DNA of 8,563 nucleotides from a virus (Duplodnaviria; Heunggongvirae; Uroviricota; Caudoviricetes): IMG/VR virus record IMGVR_UViG_2529293043_000020; one strand, 5' to 3'. Shown piece by piece: positions 6,709 to 8,563 of this stretch (position 1 is its first letter; each line of letters starts with the position of its first letter). The notes under the pieces were generated by a model. It saw only the letters and a program-made list of their open reading frames with translations, ran no database searches and was not told where the DNA came from. The position numbers and the translations under genes were made by a program.

Positions 6709-7242
6709 ATGAACGCAAAAATCAGATACGGCCTGTCGGCTGCCGTTCTGGCGCTGATTGGTGCAGGGGCGTCTGCGCCTGAAATCCTCGACCAGTTTCT
6801 GGATGAAAAGGAAGGTAACCACACCACAGCATACCGTGATGGTGCGGGTATCTGGACCATCTGCCGTGGAGCCACCCGGGGGGATGGTAAGCCTGTTATT
6901 CCTGGCATGAAGCTGTCGAAGGAAAAATGCGACCGGGTTAACGCCATTGAGCGTGATAAGGCGCTGGCATGGGTGGAGAAAAACATCAGAGTGCCGCTGA
7001 CCGAACCCCAGAAAGCGGGGATCGCGTCATTCTGTCCGTACAACATTGGCCCCGGTAAGTGTTTCCCGTCGACGTTTTACAGACGGATTAATGCAGGAGA
7101 TCGAAAAGGTGCCTGCGAAGCGATTCGCTGGTGGATTAAGGACGGTGGCAGGGACTGCCGTATTCGCTCAAATAACTGTTACGGTCAGGTATCCCGTCGT
7201 GACCAGGAGAGCGCGCTGGCGTGCTGGGGAATCGACAGATAA
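6709..7242 (+). CDS. R: SAR (signal-anchor-release) endolysin, T4-lysozyme-like muramidase (GH24)
   Basis: 177 aa. N-terminal Gly/Ala-rich weakly hydrophobic segment GLSAAVLALIGAGASA; catalytic-triad spacing E-x8-D-x5-T in DEKEGNHTTAYRDGAGIWTICRGAT, resembling the phage 21 R21 lysozyme. Confidence 0.9.
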   Translation: MNAKIRYGLSAAVLALIGAGASAPEILDQFLDEKEGNHTTAYRDGAGIWTICRGATRGDGKPVIPGMKLSKEKCDRVNAIERDKALAWVEKNIRVPLTEPQKAGIASFCPYNIGPGKCFPSTFYRRINAGDRKGACEAIRWWIKDGGRDCRIRSNNCYGQVSRRDQESALACWGIDR

Positions 7243-7381
7243 GCAGAATATTTTGCTGAAAAATGAGGTTTGCTTACATGGACGGATAACACGAAATCCT
7301 GCAAATTGGCAAAATGTAAGTGAATAAAGTCAAAGCAGTTGTTTAACACTCAGGCACCGTAATGATGCCTTTGTCATTTCT

Positions 7382-7403
7382 GCGCATCTCACGCGCATCT
7401 CAC
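7382..7403. repeat. Perfect tandem duplication of an 11-bp unit (GCGCATCTCAC x2)
   Basis: Read directly from the sequence, in the 270-bp intergenic region upstream of the antirepressor-like gene. Confidence 0.9.
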
Positions 7404-7512
7404 AACACAGAACCTTTCAGGATGACCCTTGAGGATACCGGTTTGGCTGTCGGTGCCTTTCTGTGGGCTGGATTCCTGTGAGACAAGGTTCATCACTAAA
7501 AGGAAATAACCG

Positions 7513-7874
7513 ATGAATATGATGGCCGTGCCGTTTCACGGCAACTCTCTTTATGTAGTTAACCATAATGGCGAACCATACGTTCCCATGAAACCTGTCG
7601 TTGCGGGGATGGGGCTGGCCTGGCAATCACAGTTGGCTAAGTTAAGACAGCGTTTTGCGTCAACTATAACGGAAATCGTTATGGTTGCTGAGGATGGGAA
7701 ACAACGCAATATGGTGTCCATGCCACTTCGAAAACTTGCCGGCTGGCTACAAACCATTAATCCCAACAAAGTAAACCCGAAATCCGCGATAAGGTCATCC
7801 GGTATCAGGAAGAGTGCGACGATGTTCTTTACGAGTACTGGACGAAGGGTTTTGTCGTTAATCCCGTAAAATGA
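7513..7874 (+). pseudogene. ant: Antirepressor-like gene (AntA/Bro-N-type N-terminal domain) with a -1 frameshift near 7779
   Basis: Frame 1 gives MNMMAVPFHGNSLYVVNHNGEPYVPMKPVVAGMGLAW...INPNKVNP, then a Ser/Arg-rich tail to 7869. Shifting one base at CCCG-AAATC (7777-7782) restores [31 protein letters not shown], ending at TGA 7872-7874. AAGGA lies upstream of ATG 7513. Confidence 0.55.
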
Positions 7875-8080
7875 GCGTGATGGAAGAACTCAACCAGGCT
7901 TGTGCTGACATGAAACGGGATAAAAACATTGCCAGTGTGTTTGCTACCGGGCTGAATGAGTGGAAACAGGTTAAAGCCGCGCATGTATCAAAAATCCGTA
8001 CGCTGGTAAATGAAGCGAATATGCTGATTGATTTTGTCCTGGCTGATACAGGCAAAGGGAAAATAACAAAGGCGGATTGA
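7871..8080 (+). CDS. Hypothetical 69-aa protein
   Basis: ATG overlaps the restored ant stop (ATGA). Predicted soluble, helical, charged: [69 protein letters not shown]. Confidence 0.45.
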   Translation: MSVMEELNQACADMKRDKNIASVFATGLNEWKQVKAAHVSKIRTLVNEANMLIDFVLADTGKGKITKAD

Positions 8081-8226
8081 TGGGGTGGCTAATGATATCA
8101 GATAAACTCATAACGCTGGTGAAGAGCCTCTGTGTACTTGTCGGCATTTCATTTTTAGTCATGCTGGTTGCCATTTTCTTTTCCACCGCCTGGCGAGTCC
8201 TGACGTTATCGGGACTGGTGGGGTGA
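8080..8226 (+). CDS. Hypothetical 48-aa single-pass membrane protein (below the ORF-track length cutoff)
   Basis: ATG overlaps the upstream stop (TGATG). Hand translation [48 protein letters not shown] has one hydrophobic span of about 20 residues; stop at 8224-8226. Confidence 0.4.
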   Translation: MGWLMISDKLITLVKSLCVLVGISFLVMLVAIFFSTAWRVLTLSGLVG

Positions 8227-8233
8227 AAGAGAG

Positions 8234-8563
8234 ATGAACCGTGTTCTGTGTGTGGTGATTATTGTCCTGGCGGTTGGCTATGGTGCGCTGTGGCTGGCAA
8301 CAAACCATTACCGTGACAACGCGCTCACCTACAAAGCGCAGCGCGATAAAAAAGCCAGAGAGCTGGAACAGGCGAATGCCACCATTACTGACATGCAGGT
8401 GCGCCAGCGTGATGTTGCTGCGCTCGATGCAAAATACTCGAGGGAGTTAGCCGATGCGAGAGCTGAAAATGAAACTCTGCGTGCTGATGTTGCCGCTGGT
8501 CGTAAGCGCCTGCGGATCAACGCCACCTGCTCCGGTACCGTGCGTGAAGCCACCGGCACCTCC
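8234..8563 (+). CDS. Rz: Rz i-spanin (inner-membrane spanin subunit), 3' end outside the window
   Basis: [27 protein letters not shown]-terminal TM anchor followed by a charged coiled-coil-like region ([25 protein letters not shown]...). AAAGAGAG upstream of the ATG; position after the endolysin. Confidence 0.85.
   Translation, partial: MNRVLCVVIIVLAVGYGALWLATNHYRDNALTYKAQRDKKARELEQANATITDMQVRQRDVAALDAKYSRELADARAENETLRADVAAGRKRLRINATCSGTVREATGTS
8454..8563 (+). CDS. Rz1: Rz1 o-spanin lipoprotein embedded in the +1 frame of Rz, 3' end outside the window
   Basis: [36 protein letters not shown]: signal peptide with lipobox (VVSAC) and a proline-rich mature region, nested in Rz as in lambda. 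Confidence 0.8.
   Translation, partial: MRELKMKLCVLMLPLVVSACGSTPPAPVPCVKPPAP

Noticed and set aside
6663-7046. 127-aa - strand ORF antisense to the endolysin, and + strand ORF 7046-7327 overlapping its 3' end
   Set aside because: The endolysin frame has SAR and catalytic motifs; the others lack RBS and protein-like composition.
8262-8450. 62-aa ORF in the +1 frame of Rz, considered as Rz1
   Set aside because: It stops at 8450; the true embedded lipoprotein with signal peptide and lipobox starts at ATG 8454 in the same frame.
1-8563. CRISPR arrays, rRNA genes, integrase or attachment sites, and stx or other toxin genes
   Set aside because: No regularly spaced direct repeats, rRNA-like segments, recombinase ORFs or toxin-like ORFs found on either strand.

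Overview
This window looks like the late-regulatory and lysis region of a lambdoid, Stx-converting-phage-like prophage from an Escherichia-type host, with all phage genes on the + strand. Gene order: a partial IS3-family (IS629-like) element on the - strand inserted into a nin-region gene; rusA; a putative Q antiterminator; a late promoter/terminator region; a small winged-helix-like ORF; an orphan beta-class N6-adenine DNA methyltransferase; a three-member tRNA cluster (CAU-anticodon tRNA, a degenerate 66-nt tRNA-like element, tRNA-Arg UCU); a 523-bp ORF-free, terminator-rich spacer where stxAB sit in toxin-converting relatives; a nanS-p-like sialate O-acetylesterase; an S21-type pinholin; an unknown coupled ORF; a SAR endolysin; a frameshifted antirepressor-like gene; two small coupled ORFs; and the start of Rz/Rz1. 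No CRISPR array, rRNA or toxin gene was seen. All family names come from reading the translations and from memory; no database search was run. The least-explained elements are the small winged-helix ORF paired with the methyltransferase, the ORF between holin and endolysin, and the coupled small ORF pair ahead of Rz; I found no clearly novel multi-gene system.
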